A DNA stretch of 64,000 bases from Saccostrea cucullata (GCF_032062105.1 NW_026926947.1:1-64000); one strand, 5' to 3'; shown: positions 38,261 through 52,400, counted from the stretch's first letter. Notes: generated from the letters alone by a model not told the origin. A program made the numbers and translations.

Positions 38261-39931
38261 AATGTAACATGTACAGTGTTACAAAAAAGTATAAAATGTA
38301 CTAACGTTTTGTCCGCAAGAGACGGGCGGTTTTCATACAAGTTTATTCTTAGACCATTGTTTACACACTTTATTTTTCCCGATCATCCAAAGGAGCACAC
38401 GGCGGGTATGGCCTGTCGGCAGGGGATGCTCACTCCTTCAAGGCACCCGACACCATCTCTGATGTTTTAGAGGTCCGTGTGGGTAAGACATTTGAGCTTG
38501 ATTATAAATCGTATCTCCATATTTCGTTAAGAATTTTTTTCCCTTCTGGAAGAAAAATCTTTGAGCATTAAAGGAAATATAAAGTTTTAATTAACAACGT
38601 TACATCCTAATATACTTCAAAAGCATTTGTAATTTAAGTTTAAGATTATATTACATTTGTAAATGATTAAGGTAGATAGTCGAGATGGAATTAATAAGAA
38701 CAATCAACAATAGAAACTTTTTTACACTTCCATAGCATTTGTATCCGCAAAATCTATATGTTGAGGTTCTTATTTTTAGCCTGGACACTTCCAAAAAACA
38801 GTGGTATTTTGTGGAAGTGGCCCAGGCTGAAAATTCAACATGCTGAAATCATTATTTCGTCTTTTCCCTCTTTTCTAAAATTTATTAAATTTCATTCAGA
38901 GAGTGAGCTACAAAGTTTGTATTTGGGGTTTTATATTTTCTCAGTTGATTCGATACGCAAGATCATGCTCTGCGTGCAGTGTATGGACAGTTTCTAACAC
39001 GGAGAAGTTATTGATAAACAAGTCGATGAAGGGAGGATATCAACAGTCTCATTTCGTAAGTTCTATGGTCAATACAATGACTTTCAGCAAATACAATTCA
39101 TCATTGCGTTAAATGCTGACTGACGATTTCATACTAATCCATGTGGGTTCAGGATAAGAAAATATGTTAGCATATTATTTCTTAACCATTGAAAGAAATA
39201 CTATGCTGCAAGATCTAATAAAGGGTTTTAGTGTAAAGTTTCATGATTAATCAAAGTATTTACTTTAGTATATTATATTTTCTCTTTTGTTAATTGTTAA
39301 TGTGGCCAATATTGTGGAGAATCTACGGGGAAATAATTTGAAAAACTCAAACTTTTTTGTGATCGGAAGCTTTAAAGTCAATCATGCTTTAATTTGTAAT
39401 CATGTTTCATATCTTTGATATCTTTAACTTCTTGAATTAATTAATAAAGACAAATTGAACAAATCGTATAAAAATGTAGAGTAGGTTAATTCTCAGGCGT
39501 CCTGAAAGAAAATTGCGACCGAAGCTATCTCTTAGGAGACGCACCCCAGTTTCCCCCATTCGATTCTATTGGTTCTACGTGTATTTTGCGGCATTCGCTT
39601 AACTGACCATATAAGATGATGCTATTCAAGTTATGCTGGAGTATATTGCAAGAATAATAACTCCAGCATATAAAAAAGTACATAATCAACATACATAATG
39701 TAGTTTAAGTAACCGTAAAATTCTTTTATTTGTAAATACAATGTACTGAATTTTTAAAATCCTGAAAAATAACTTTTGACTAAGAAATGTAATGAACAAA
39801 ATTCAAAAATATTGAAAATCATTTATCTTATTTACAGAGATAATGAATAAGAACATTATAGATAGTTTTTTTTATTTCAAATATGCATGTGGGTATCATC
39901 CTGCTTTATCATTTCGCAAGATATGGTAAAA

Positions 39932-41743
39932 TCAAAGCGGGACTCCCATAGTGTCGAGTTCTCTTTCCATTTGCAATACTGCACAAGGAAGGCACCACTT
40001 TACTATTGTATCGTCGTTTGAGACGGTCCCCTTTAATGAAGAAAAAAACAATTATACATGTAAGTAATTGCTCTTTTTATATAGCTCTACTTCAATACTA
40101 ATTTTAATTTAACATCAGTTCGATTTTTCTGAGGAATATTTTGTTGGTTTACCTTAATTCCTCCGATGGTTCTAATTCTAGTTCGTAGTAGGGTGGTTCC
40201 TCCCGGTATGCACGCAGCCATTAAGGGACACTCCCCTGTTCTTTTCGACAGACTGCATTGTGTACAACATAGACACAACCACCCAATTATGCCTGTTTCA
40301 GTATACTGTTTTTATTAATTTATTCATTATTTGTAAATTAATGTGAAATAAAATTACGCTTTGTACAAAACCCGCCAAAAAAGTTTTCACTAACATATCA
40401 GAAATTGAAATGTCTCAATACACTTTTGTAAATTGCAAATTTAATTCAATAGTTTTTACGAAAGAAGGATATAAAAGAATACTGTTGCTGTGTATTATAT
40501 TATTTATATTTCAAGTACATTGTATTTTGAAAGATCAATATTTTACTTTCGATTAAAAAAAAGTCGAAAAGAAACAGGAAAGTACTTCTGAAGGATGATC
40601 GTTTATATGTTAATATCAGGTGCAGAAGTCCTAGCCGATGTTTAGTCATTTAGAGGCAAATATACCAGGCACAATCTCCTACCTAATGTAAAGCCAATGA
40701 TAATATAAGAAAAATATCTCTTCTGGTAAATATATTGCGTTCAATCTCTCTGTGAACAAGTCCTTTTCCTCCTTCGAAGATTAATTAGTTATAACAGTAC
40801 AATTTTTTCGCCAAATCATATTATTATGAGCCTAATTGACCTGAAGGATCAAGAAAGCTTTTCTAATCACAATTTTTCGTCATATATCGTAAACGTATTA
40901 TGTCCTTTTCATCAAAGCCACCAAGCAAAAATCAACCGAACCTGGCACTGAGTATCCTTGGGTTAAGGGAATTCAGTTTTCATCAAATGAAGGGTTACAA
41001 CATCTTTCAAATAGACATAAATTTAATAAAATAAATTGTTCTTAAACAAAGCGTTTTGAATAGTATATAGGTCAAAAAATGTCGACAGGCAGTTTTCAAA
41101 GCTTTGTTGGCAGTGCATATGGTGGTTTCTTATAGGCTATTGTTGTTAGAACAAAAAAATTATATTACATGAGTATCAACATTAAACAATCAAAAGTTTA
41201 GAGTGTTTTACTCGTGATTAATAAAGTTTACGTAACATTTGTTTTCTTGCAAATACTAGTACTCTAATTTAAGAAAACATTTACAACTGAAGACATTATC
41301 ATAAATTACATTAAATTTATTTTTGGTAAACTGTAACACAAACTTGTGCCTTGTATTGTTAAAAATTTCACAAAGCACTGCATTATAACATTATTCAAAT
41401 AAAATTCTGTAATCTTCATTTCTTTCATGGATCTTTTACTCTTAAACACTTTTTGATTGGTATCAAGATTAGATCAATTAGGAAGGAGAAAAAACATTTT
41501 AAAAAAACATTCGCATTGAAAGATCAACAAAAATTTTGGAGAAAAATAGGACACGTGACACAAATAATAATCTTAATGAGCATCACTTGAGAACTGTGAT
41601 GACCAGTACATGACACACTTACATTTGACCTTGTCCTCGCACTCACAGAGGCCCGTGGACCATTCTCTGTGACCTTTGATCCCCGTGACCAACAGTGGAT
41701 TACTGGCCGCAGGCTGTTGAACAATCACCACGTTAGTTGCCAT
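39932..41743 (-). CDS. PLAC8/cornifelin-family protein, copy F (119 aa, divergent)
   Basis: Exons 41743-41623 (121 nt), 40292-40153, 40030-39932. MATNVVIVQQPAASNPLLVTGIKGHREWSTGLCECEDKVKCIIGWLCLCCTQCSLSKRTGECPLMAACIPGGTTLLRTRIRTIGGIKGTVSNDDTIVKWCLPCAVLQMERELDTMGVPL*. Confidence 0.9.
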
Positions 41744-44700
41744 CTATCATGTATCGATTCTTTGGCGATCCTTTTTCTGTACTAAAAAAGTTTTCTTCAA
41801 AAAAATATTATTAGTGTCTTGAATAGGCGGAATCTTTTATTCCTCTGCGTTCAGAGTTGTTTGTTTTATTCAGGTAAAATTAGTTCGTGATAAAGTGAAA
41901 AAAAATTGTGGAAAGAAGAAAAAAGTAAAACAGGAAGCAGATAAAATCGATCATGAAATAAAAAGATGAATTAAAAGATGAAAGTGAAAGTGTACTAGTC
42001 CAGAGCAGAATTAACTTTAAATTAAATTGAGATGGTCTTGTTCAACAAATTCAACAAGCAAGAACAAGATATACCTACATTCAAATTGGAAAGTACTGAA
42101 GATATAAAACATATTTCATTTTGAAAAAATAGAATTATCTACCACTATGATGATGTATCAAAAAAAAAACCAAAAAAAATTACTCTTTTTTGTATAGTTT
42201 AAGAAAACAATATTATGTAAAATACTAAAAATTATACTTTTACATAGGAAAGAACTTTCTGTTATTATTACAATAATAATTATTTTTTTAAACTTTACGG
42301 TGTCGAAAATTAGGTTTAATGATTCCTGCGTGGTCTTGTATTTTTCAAAGTGCATTGATGACAATTATGAGATCATGCAATCTGAGATTACTTAATGTTT
42401 TAGACAAAATACCATTTGTTGACAGATTTGTATTGAAATTCTCAGAAAGTCTACAATTTTCAATATTTTTTTTACTAAGTTGTGTCTCGTCATATTTTAT
42501 AAACCTTCATACATTTGATATGATTATTTTGTGTGTTTTAAAACACTTAATCTGCGTTTTTGAATATATATATAGTATAATATATATAGTAAAAGTAGTA
42601 AGTATGAAATTACCTTCTCTTTATGAATTAAAGTGTCTGCAAGCCAAACTAAATTGTATAACGATACAATAATTCAAAGATTATATCTTTATATAGAAAA
42701 AAGCAGATCCGCACATGCGCGAATAATTTCAGGAAACTCCTGTTTAGAGTAGCACAGTGAAGCGATAAGTTAATCTGATGATTATTTCTCGCCAACTTAA
42801 ACATCGAAATATGTTATAGTTTATATATGAAATATTTATAAAGTTATATAAACTCATTATGATAATTAAAACGTTGCATCAAATTTTGTATTTATTACGA
42901 TATTGTTATAACATTCTCTACAAACGCTTAAGTAATCAATTATTTGTCTAGTTGACGTACAATATTGTTTAACATCTATATGTATCTTTTAAATGAATAT
43001 ATTATTCCCCTTATTTCTTCCATGCTTTTTCACAGAACTGCCCCTTTTCTTAATCTTTTGCTAACACTGTAATCAAAATTAAAATTTTAACGGCTAAAAA
43101 AGGTTTTGACAAAAGTTGTCTTGTCTATTTGTTTCCTTTGTTTATATGAAAGTCAAACGTACTTCGTAAAAACATAAAGGTCATGGTAAAATTCATAGGA
43201 AAACTCTCATAACTTGATTGATTTTTCAGCTTCTTTACGGCAATCCTCAAATAACCAAAGCATATTTTGTCCAAAGTAGTTATCTTACAGTGTACATTCC
43301 TGTTCGTATAACTACAAATTCTTACTCCAAACAGAAAATAGATTGGTATAATAATTTCTTTTTCATTTATTTTTGTTGAAAAATATGTAAATAGTTAAAA
43401 CATTAAGAAATTGTACACTTTTATGATTTTCACAATTCTCACGTTTTGCTATTACCTGAAGAAAATTCATACGATATGTGTATCACTTCACTGGACACTA
43501 CTTACATGTAGATATTGCGTAAAAATCTTAACTTTTCAGTTTTAACTTAAATTCATTTCACTTATATAAACATTATCCTAGTTAACCTTTTTAAGTTAAA
43601 ATATATTAACTTTTTGAGTACTATAAAGCATTTTCTGCTCATGATCAAATTTTAAATAGAAGCAGGACATTAACAAATAAGTTAATTTTACAGTGATTTC
43701 AGTGACCTTATTTAAAGCCAGCTGGTCGTAATATGTTGATCTTGTCTGCACCTTTGATTCGCCCTTGGGTCGTATCTTGACTGTCATATTCCATACCATT
43801 TCTTTGACCTTTGTTTTCACATTTAAATTTGACAAAGGAATATTCCGTCCACCTCCCGTCGATAGAGGATTTTTTCTCCTCTTATACATCTGAGATCTTG
43901 AATTCTTAGAGGTTGGTGTTTTATGCCCAGTAGGTTGATTTGTAGTGGTTGTAGTTTTTTAAGATCAACCAATGTTTGTTTACGTCATCTATCCTATTCT
44001 TTGTATTCATGTTTAACTGATCATTTTTAAAATGAAACAAAGTAGAATCTAAATTATTGTAAGAAAAAAAAACACTGACACCATCGATTTAAATTTCAAA
44101 ATGCACTTTTAATTCCTTTATTTCATTTTGCAATCTAAATGCACAAATATGCGATGAAAACATAACGTAACTAATAATTATATAATAATGAAACTGTATA
44201 TGATTTTATTGAATCGTTTTATTTTGAAATTCTTAAAATAAAGTATATGGACAATGCAATATAAAACTACTTAAAAATTATATGAAGGACAATATTTTTA
44301 AAGTGTCAGTACTGTAATAAAAATATTAATCTTGATTTTTTTTATTTGAAACTTCTACAGAAACAAAAGCGGACGGACATGAGATATTAAAGATATTGCT
44401 TGAGATTAAATTTAACAGTTATCTGCCGGTTAATCTTCATTTTCTCACTTTCTTTTTTATTCTTCCTATACTTTGAGTTTCTTTTCAACGGAAGAAGCCT
44501 GGTATAAAAGATTATTTTGACATTTTTTTTGTTTTAAATTTTAAAAATATTACACTACATATTCTATTTTTTTGACTCTAGGCAATGTCTTGTCACAAGG
44601 ACTGCATCTGTGAAATATTAAAGCCATATCCCTTTCCACTCAAAAGTTATGGTTATAGTGCCTGCAAGCCAAACTACATCGTACAATGATACAATAATTT

Positions 44701-45002
44701 TAAAAATTTGTTTGAGGACAAAGAGACAAACAGACAAACAGAGAGATAGACGGGCTGACGGACAGGAAAAAATCTATATACCCTCGAATCGTCGATTAAG
44801 GGGTCATAAAAATGACTCGTATATTTAAAAGCGTGATTTATGCATTTGCATTGTACAAATTTTATTCTCAAATTATCAAAAACATTTTGAGAATAACTTT
44901 GATATCATTTTTTTAAAAAATCCGATAAGAAAAAATAAGAGTCATGATGTATGTAGATAAATATTGAAAGTGTACGAAAGAAATTAACTTCTTTATTCAA
45001 AA

Positions 45003-48000
45003 CTAGTTTATTCCCATGTTGGATAGTTCTCGATGCATTTGGCACACTGCACATGGTTCACAGAAATTTGTTACTATACAGTCCTTGAAAGCGGAACCCT
45101 GCATAAATGTATAACAGCCTTTTAATATAAAAAAAAGACGGAAAGAAATTCATGTCAGGAAATTATTTTCATATAATTAAAAAAAAAACTTTAAATAGAA
45201 TTAAATATTTTTTTTCAATCGAAATAAAATACCTCGATTCCTCCCATGGTTCTAATTCTACTCCTTGTGATGATCATTGCTCCTGTAACACAGAAAGGCA
45301 TCAAGCACCCCTCACCGGTCCTGCTGGCCAATGTACACTTCAGATAATTTAGGCAGAAGAATCCAAGTAAGCCTGTTTAAAATTCATACATTAGTCATTC
45401 TGATGCAGGAAACATTTTGCATTAAAATTTGTCTCTTTTAGATCTGTTTTTCAGCAAAAATCTGTTCTTGGTGAATATAATATTAGCATGTTCATTTCTT
45501 TATCATTCCTTCATTTCGAATGAGTTTTTTTAAACCTAGTTTTTAACTGATATAAATCGGTAATATTTTCGATTTTAAGATCCATCCAATACCTTTAACG
45601 TGATATTTCTGTGCAACTGACTTTCACAGAATTTGTCGTAAGTTATTAAGTTATTGACTACAGTAAAAATAAAGTTTGTTTATTTTATGTATTTTGGATT
45701 ATTTCTTCGTATGCACATATTTTTGTTGATTGATCATAAAATTAATTGATTTAGTATCATATTTTATTTTAAAAAATACTAAAGTTTCCACCATATTTCA
45801 TGTATTTCATGCGTGATTGGACATACTATATAGAAAATTGTTGAATTGAATCAAGTGGTTCGTGAAACAAATGGAGATAAAGAACCTTATTCAATCTCAA
45901 AAGCCTTTTGAAGAAAACAAATTTGGAGCAGGGAAATCACGGACCTCCAATGTATCAGAGGTGGGATCAGGTGTTATGTTGGAGCAAGGATCCCCTGCCG
46001 AATGGCCAGACCTGGCGTGTGTACCTTGTCATTGCCAGGGAAAATCCAATCAGAATTCAGTGCTAAAATAATGACCTTACAACAAGTATGAGCTAGAAAC
46101 CTCAATCAGCATTTAACTTAATGATATATTGTAATTTTTGACAAGGTCATTGTATCGGCCATAGAACTTACGAAAGGATGACTTAAAACAAAACTGCTGA
46201 TACTCTTGTTTCATCAGCTTGTCTGTCAACAATTTACCTCTGTCTTAGAAAATGCACATGCGTAGAGCATGCTCTTGCGTCTCGAACTGAATGATATAAA
46301 TCCTGTATGCATAAGTAAGGTAAGTTGACGAAATGTTAAAGTTTTCACGTTTATCATAAAGTTTGGATGTTAGATTACCATTAACGTCTTTTTCAGGTAA
46401 AATATCCAACTATGAAACAGATGTGTCAGACTCTGCAACATGTGCAATATCTTTCATTTTAAGCTCACTGGGATATAGCGTTTCGACATAAAAATGGAAA
46501 TAACCATTTTAAATTGACAATAAGGCGTCGATATGTTGATGACCAAAGTAAGTGTTTTATTTCTTTTCACGTAAAAGATTTTGGACAAATTCTGCTTCAT
46601 ATGAATATAAATTGTAAAAATAGGTCTACTAATAACAGTGTTGTTTCCTTTGGGAATTCCAATATACGAGGGTTGTCCAAAAAGTTCGTGGATAATGGCG
46701 TTTTTGTTAAAATAAATGGTTCTACATAAATTCATTTTATATCAAAATATTTCTTATGAAAAAACAACTCAGAATAATTTAATTTTTATTGATGGAACTT
46801 AATTTTTTTTTAAATTTGGGTCTTAAAGGTTGAAGATAGTGCGCACAGACCAATCTGACGTTAAGCTAATTTCATTATAACGTCAAACATTTGGATTTTG
46901 AATTTTAACACATGTTCATGGACATGCAGTTCATGTTTTTATGGCCTAACACATCCAAGTGCTAGCAAGAATATTTAAGTATAGATTATAAGTTATTTAA
47001 TTTTTAAATTTCAAAATAACGTACAAAAATTTGCGACATCATGAATATAAAAAGTTAGTATACACATACTATACAACCCAGTCCGACGCTGCGCTAGATT
47101 TATAACAAGGTCGTGTATAGAAAACTCAATTTTTAGTAAATTTCATGTGTTTTATATTCTTGTAGTGTCTTTAAATTTGTACACATCGTTGAAAAATCGT
47201 GTACAACCAATTTCAAATCAATTACCCAAGTATATTTCAACAACTATAAGTTTTTTAAACAAATATTTTATCTTACGTCGTTTCAACCGTATTAAAACAT
47301 TTTTTTTGACTGAACTCTGTCCCGTTCGGACGACTGACGTCGCTTTTTCTGTCAAGGTTTGTTAGTGTTTTCATTTAGTATTTTCACTGTCTATATTGTA
47401 AGTGATACTTAAAATATCAGAAAATGATTATATAGTCTCTTTATTTGGGTTTCATATAATTTTGATTGAGTTTTGACTTGTTTGTGAAAAAAATCATTTA
47501 GTCCGAAAACTTTTTATCAGAGTTCATGGCATTTTAACCTAGGTCCGTGCGCACCATCTGCGATCTTTAAGGACCCCGATTTTGACAAAAAATTTCCAAA
47601 GTTCCACCAATAAAATCTAAATCATTCTGTCTTGGTTTTTCATAAGAAATATTTAGATACTAAGTATACAATAGAATTATATAGAACCATTTATTTCAAC
47701 AAAAGCGTCATTGTCCACGAACTTTTTGGACAACCATCGTATGTAGAATGTTGAAAGACATTTTATAACATTTGAACATTTCTATCATTTTTTTCACTTC
47801 TTTTTTTCGATCTAGAAGGTATGATTATAATACGCCTTTACCTAAATTGTAAAATCCATACCCCTCGAGCAAGGCGTTCTGGTTTACAGCTAGACTCTAT
47901 TGATCATATATTGTAAATGCAGTAGTTTTTTGAAATAAAATCTATGCTGATGATTAATGAAGCTATGGGTGTCTAGATACCTAGTGGATCACATCGTTGT

Positions 48001-48425
48001 ATTTAACAAAAGTTTTTAATCAGACACTGAGATTCCTTTTTACTGGATAGGAGGGTTTTGGTGCTAGAATTGGGATCTGATGATCATGTAGGATATTCTT
48101 TTCTCTACTTTGAAAGATATTTTTTTTCCTTTTAATTATATTTTTTCAATTTAAAACTTTAAGTCCTAATAAGCCTAATATCAAGTATTGCTTTTGAATG
48201 TTACGATCAACTTAAATGTAGTTTAAAGATTGTATGACACTAGTACTTACTTGTTGTCACATCGGAGCAGACGTCAAACAGGCCTGTACTCCATTCTCTA
48301 TGCCCTTTTATTTCAGTCACCATCAGCTGGTTGTCGGGAACTGCTGCTGGTTGTTGAACAACGACTACATTTTGTTCAGTGCCCCCCGCACTCTGCACAG
48401 TCACAGTTTGTTCTGTTGTCGCCAT
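45003..48425 (-). CDS. PLAC8/cornifelin-family protein, copy G (136 aa, N-terminal extension)
   Basis: Exons 48425-48251 (175 nt), 45372-45233, 45098-45003. MATTEQTVTVQSAGGTEQNVVVVQQPAAVPDNQLMVTEIKGHREWSTGLFDVCSDVTTSLLGFFCLNYLKCTLASRTGEGCLMPFCVTGAMIITRSRIRTMGGIEGSAFKDCIVTNFCEPCAVCQMHRELSNMGIN*. Confidence 0.9.
45860..46664 (-). mobile_element. Penelope-like 3' fragment in copy G intron 1
   Basis: IGIPKGNN, ISTPY.., KRYIPVSLK remnants (ORF 46454..46735) plus the family 3' motif at ~45930-46020. Confidence 0.7.
46667..47739. mobile_element. Tc1/mariner-type MITE with long TIRs
   Basis: TA|CGAGGGTTGTCCAAAAAGTTCGTGGATAATG ... CATTGTCCACGAACTTTTTGGACAACCATCG|TA; imperfect inverted similarity extends ~190 bp. 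Confidence 0.88.
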
Positions 48426-49104
48426 ACTGTGCCTAGTCTTTCACGAATCTAAACCTCTGTAATCGGACTTTATTTTGAAAATAAAATGTTAATATATTGA
48501 AAAGTAAAATCTTTCTCCAAATAATTTTAAGGCGTCTCCATATGAGTAAAAAAAATCTCGAGAGAGACGTTAAACAACATACAATCGATCAATCCAAATA
48601 GTTTCTGTTGCAAAAAAATATTTGATTAGGGCTTTAAAAATTCTTTTCACAGACCTAATTAATTGGAGACAAAAGCAATAGCCTAGAAGTCTTATGCGTG
48701 CATAGTTTGTGATACTAGTATTCCACTGAATGGAATTTAAATATTGCTGATATATTTTGATACATTTTTAAAATACTTATTAAATTTAAATCAGTTCTGT
48801 GTTTCATGATCAGAAAACAAAGCATTGCATTTTTAAATTTAATTAAAATGATATCATTATGAATTTTATTTGATATTTAACAGTATTTGAACAATCCTGA
48901 ACATTTAAATTCTAGTTTTGCAATTATTTACAAAAGTCATTATGCTAAAATCATATTAATTATACCTGAATTGTTGTAAATATGTTTAGTGTATTTTAAT
49001 AACCATCTCTTGAGGCCTAAACTTTACACGATAGGTTCTGTATATACAGTCTGAAATTAAAATAAAGAAAAACTGCTCTGATATGTATGAAAATGGTAAT
49101 TACA

Positions 49105-49320
49105 ACAAATACCTTCTCTTTCCGAATTCCAGTCTTTAGAGCCGTTATCGGATTATTTTCGTCTCTTTACGAGAAAATCAGGGGTTTTTTTATATCAAGA
49201 TTCAGATCTGCGCAAGATGGGTATGTTGGATTAAGTTTGCACTGTTTTTAATATACCGGACGTGTCGTGCAGTGAAACTTAAAGATGAATTGATCCCGCC
49301 TATTTATATGTCCGTTCCGC
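49105..49320 (-). promoter_or_regulatory. Putative promoter/non-coding first exon of copy G
   Basis: Minus-strand CATATAAATA at 49301-49310 in a locally CpG-richer patch. GAGAAG|GTATTT donor at ~49112; a similar GAGAAG|GTAATT lies upstream of copy F at ~42613. Confidence 0.4.
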
Positions 49321-49341
49321 GCTTTTTAGTTAATATATGAT

Positions 49342-49468
49342 CGAGGAGTGATCAAAAAGTTCGCGAACTAATTTAATAACTTCCATAAAAGAAACAATAT
49401 ATTTGGTTTCACTGTTGTTTATATTTTAAATCTGAATTGTGGTTTTGTAGATATAGAAATAGTTCACG
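49342..49468. mobile_element. Small mariner-like MITE just upstream of the copy G promoter
   Basis: CGAGGAGTGATCAAAAAGTTCGCGAACTA / TAGTTCACGAACTCTTTTATCACCCCTCC; TIR related to the 46667-47739 element. Confidence 0.6.
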
Positions 49469-52400
49469 AACTCTTTTATCACCCCTCCTATGCAATTTTT
49501 TTTTAATTTCATTTTTATCATTTTTTTTTTTTTTACAGGTTACGTCTTTTTCTCAAATCTTTGAAATCTACACATGTTAGAAGATTTCCTTTGACATTTT
49601 GTACTGTCAATGAGAGAATCGGGCGTGTATCTCAAATTTAGACATTACAAACATTGGGGTGCTAATAATTGGATGTCTTTCAGATGAAGATATCACTTTG
49701 CCTTCATAGATATACAAAAATCATTTTTGTTTTCCTCAACAAAACTTCTAAATGATATATTTACATATATGACAGTTTGACTGAGATTAATAAAAGCTTT
49801 AATCCCTCTATTACTTAGATGAAATATGAAAATAACAAACAGTAAGCAAACTCAAAATTAATTATAACTTAAAGACTAGATTCTGATTCTGATTCTAAAG
49901 CATCTTCTATATAAGTATTGTAGTATTATGATACATTTTTCAATATAGTTTAAAAAAGAGTGAAAAGAGGCATTGCATAATACATTGTCATCCAATATGA
50001 AAATTAGAATTTAAAAAGCTTAAAAGTCCCTTATTAGAAAATAAATCGGGAGCCGAGCAGACTTGGACCTTCATAAAGAATGATCAGATGTCATGGAGGA
50101 GTAAACATCCCCCGTCAACCTCACACTCCTGCTCTTTGCTCCTGACACGATTGAGTAAACGGGAAAATTTGTGGAAAACAGATGCCATTGATATTAGCTG
50201 CATATTTCTAATCTTGTCAGTTAATGTTCCGCGATATTAGATGGAAGTAACCATTCGAAACTGATGATATATCGATATCTGAATGTCAGCCTGAGGTTGA
50301 ATGCCACTGCAAGTTTTAGTTTTTTTTTCTTTACATGTAGAATTTTTCTAATAAATCGCCTTAATATGAATTCAAACTTAGGCAAAAAAAGTTGTCCATA
50401 TTTCTCATAAATAAACATTTAATGTTTAATTTATGTATAATTTTTAATGAAGTAACATATATATTTCGTAAAGGTAGAAGATATGTAAAAAGGACTTTAA
50501 ATACGACTTTCGTTTATTTCATCTTAATGAAGTCAGACAATTTTATGGTAAAAGCATTTGATAAAATGATTCTGAATGAACATTTGAAGTTAACAACACT
50601 TGTCAATTTAATAATCATTTATTTTTATATAGTTTACTATAGCACATAGAATATGATAATCAAGACATGGCGGATATGAAACGTTAACAAGGTTGAGTAG
50701 GATTGTGATATCTTAATATTTTACTTCCGTTTAACTCTTCTTTTTTCAGCCTTTCATTTTTTCATTCCACTCTTTTTTTTCTTCCTGTCAATAAGTTTTC
50801 AGACATGTATCTTACTGTTTTCAATGGACTAAAGCCAATAAAGTTTTTTTTAAGAATTAAAGGACTTTAATTACGTCTTTTGCAATTGTTTATTTGTCAT
50901 TTATAATTATCAAGATCTCTTCATTATTCAAAATTATTGTTTAAAATTAAATTATCTAGATATTTTTTTTTTCCTTTTTTCCTATCATGACAATTAAGGA
51001 GCTCAAAAGTAACCGTTCTGCGATGATTAATCCTCAATGGCACCTGATCCCACCTATTGTTTTAGATGTCTGTTTGCTCTGCTTAATAGTTTACTTGGAA
51101 TAAAGTCTACAGTTGTCAGCTTAAGGACAGATGATTCCAACAAACTTTTATCTTAAAATTTAAAAATAACAACTCGGGTCATGTTTTTGAATAAAATGAA
51201 CATTAGTTTCAGGGCAAGGTTTCTCATATTTCATTCACACAATGTTTCACAATAATGGGATTTAAGGGGGAAAATATATGTACAGATTAATTAGGATTGT
51301 TGCAAAAAAGGTATGATTTTGTACACCATAGAATGTTTACAATTTCTTAATATTTTAGAAGTTTATTATTTGCAACAAAATAGTATAGGTCCAAATATAT
51401 ACTAGTATATACCAATCCAGGCATCCATATTTTTGTTTGTATCATCTGTTTTAAATTGAGAAAAGTTTCGTCAAAATACCTTCAAAAATGTCTATAACAA
51501 TGTTCATTTTTAAGTAATTAACCAGTTAAAAGAATGCTAATCATACACGACAATCACATGTAAAATATTCACAAAATCATAATATCAGGGGAAAAAAATA
51601 ATAAAGGCGGTCATTTCTTGTAGTGGAAGGATATTTAGAAGGAAATTCTTCAATTTTTCACATCTGTGAAATTTAATATCTTGGAATTTTTAGCCAAAAT
51701 AATTTTAATCACATATACTTTTTATCATTATATGCTAGGAATACAGGATTTATTTCATATCTTAAAAATAAAATATGGAAACAACGAACAATATAACTTG
51801 TTTAAGCTCAGAAGTCCATTGAGACAATGTTCCAAAATTATACATGTACATGTATGTTATATCGAAATTTCATTTTTTTAATTTAACTTATATTAAATGA
51901 TATTTATAAAATTTCTAACTATGGCCCATTTTTTATTATTAAATTATTTTTGAATTTGGAGTGTAATTCTACATGAAAAAATAAACAATTTTACAAACTA
52001 AAGACTTTTAAAGGATGAACTTTATTATAATTTTTACTTGGTTATAAATTTAATGGCCTAAATATAATAAAAACGGGAGTGGAAATCTGTAAAATTACGT
52101 TTTATTTGAATATTTTTTTTTTCAAACAGATGTTCCATACTTCTTAATCATCAAAAAAAGTAAACATTCAGATAACATACAGATTGTCCATCTACAAAAA
52201 GAATACTAGTATAGGCCATGTATCCGAATTTTTGCGATATACCGCGATACAATGAAACCCGCGATATAATGAGAATCGAGTATATATATATAAATAAGTG
52301 GTGCTGACAGTAGAAAATATTAAAGTTATTATGCTTATAATACAGTTTTAATCGTTCAAGGTAAATATTTGGACAAACTTAGCCTCCACCCCCTTCACCC

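Noticed and set aside
41524-41724. Apparent frameshift in copy F exon 1 suggested by ORF 41524..41724
   Set aside because: Reading from the ATG at 41743 gives an intact 121-nt exon with GHREWSTGL; the listed ORF is a different frame.
42319-42672. Longer AT-rich ORFs (42319..42672, 9067..9387, 8245..8538, 43596..43889)
   Set aside because: Low-complexity I/L/F/K composition, no recognisable motif or splice-supported model; 8245..8538 overlaps the copy A promoter on the opposite strand.
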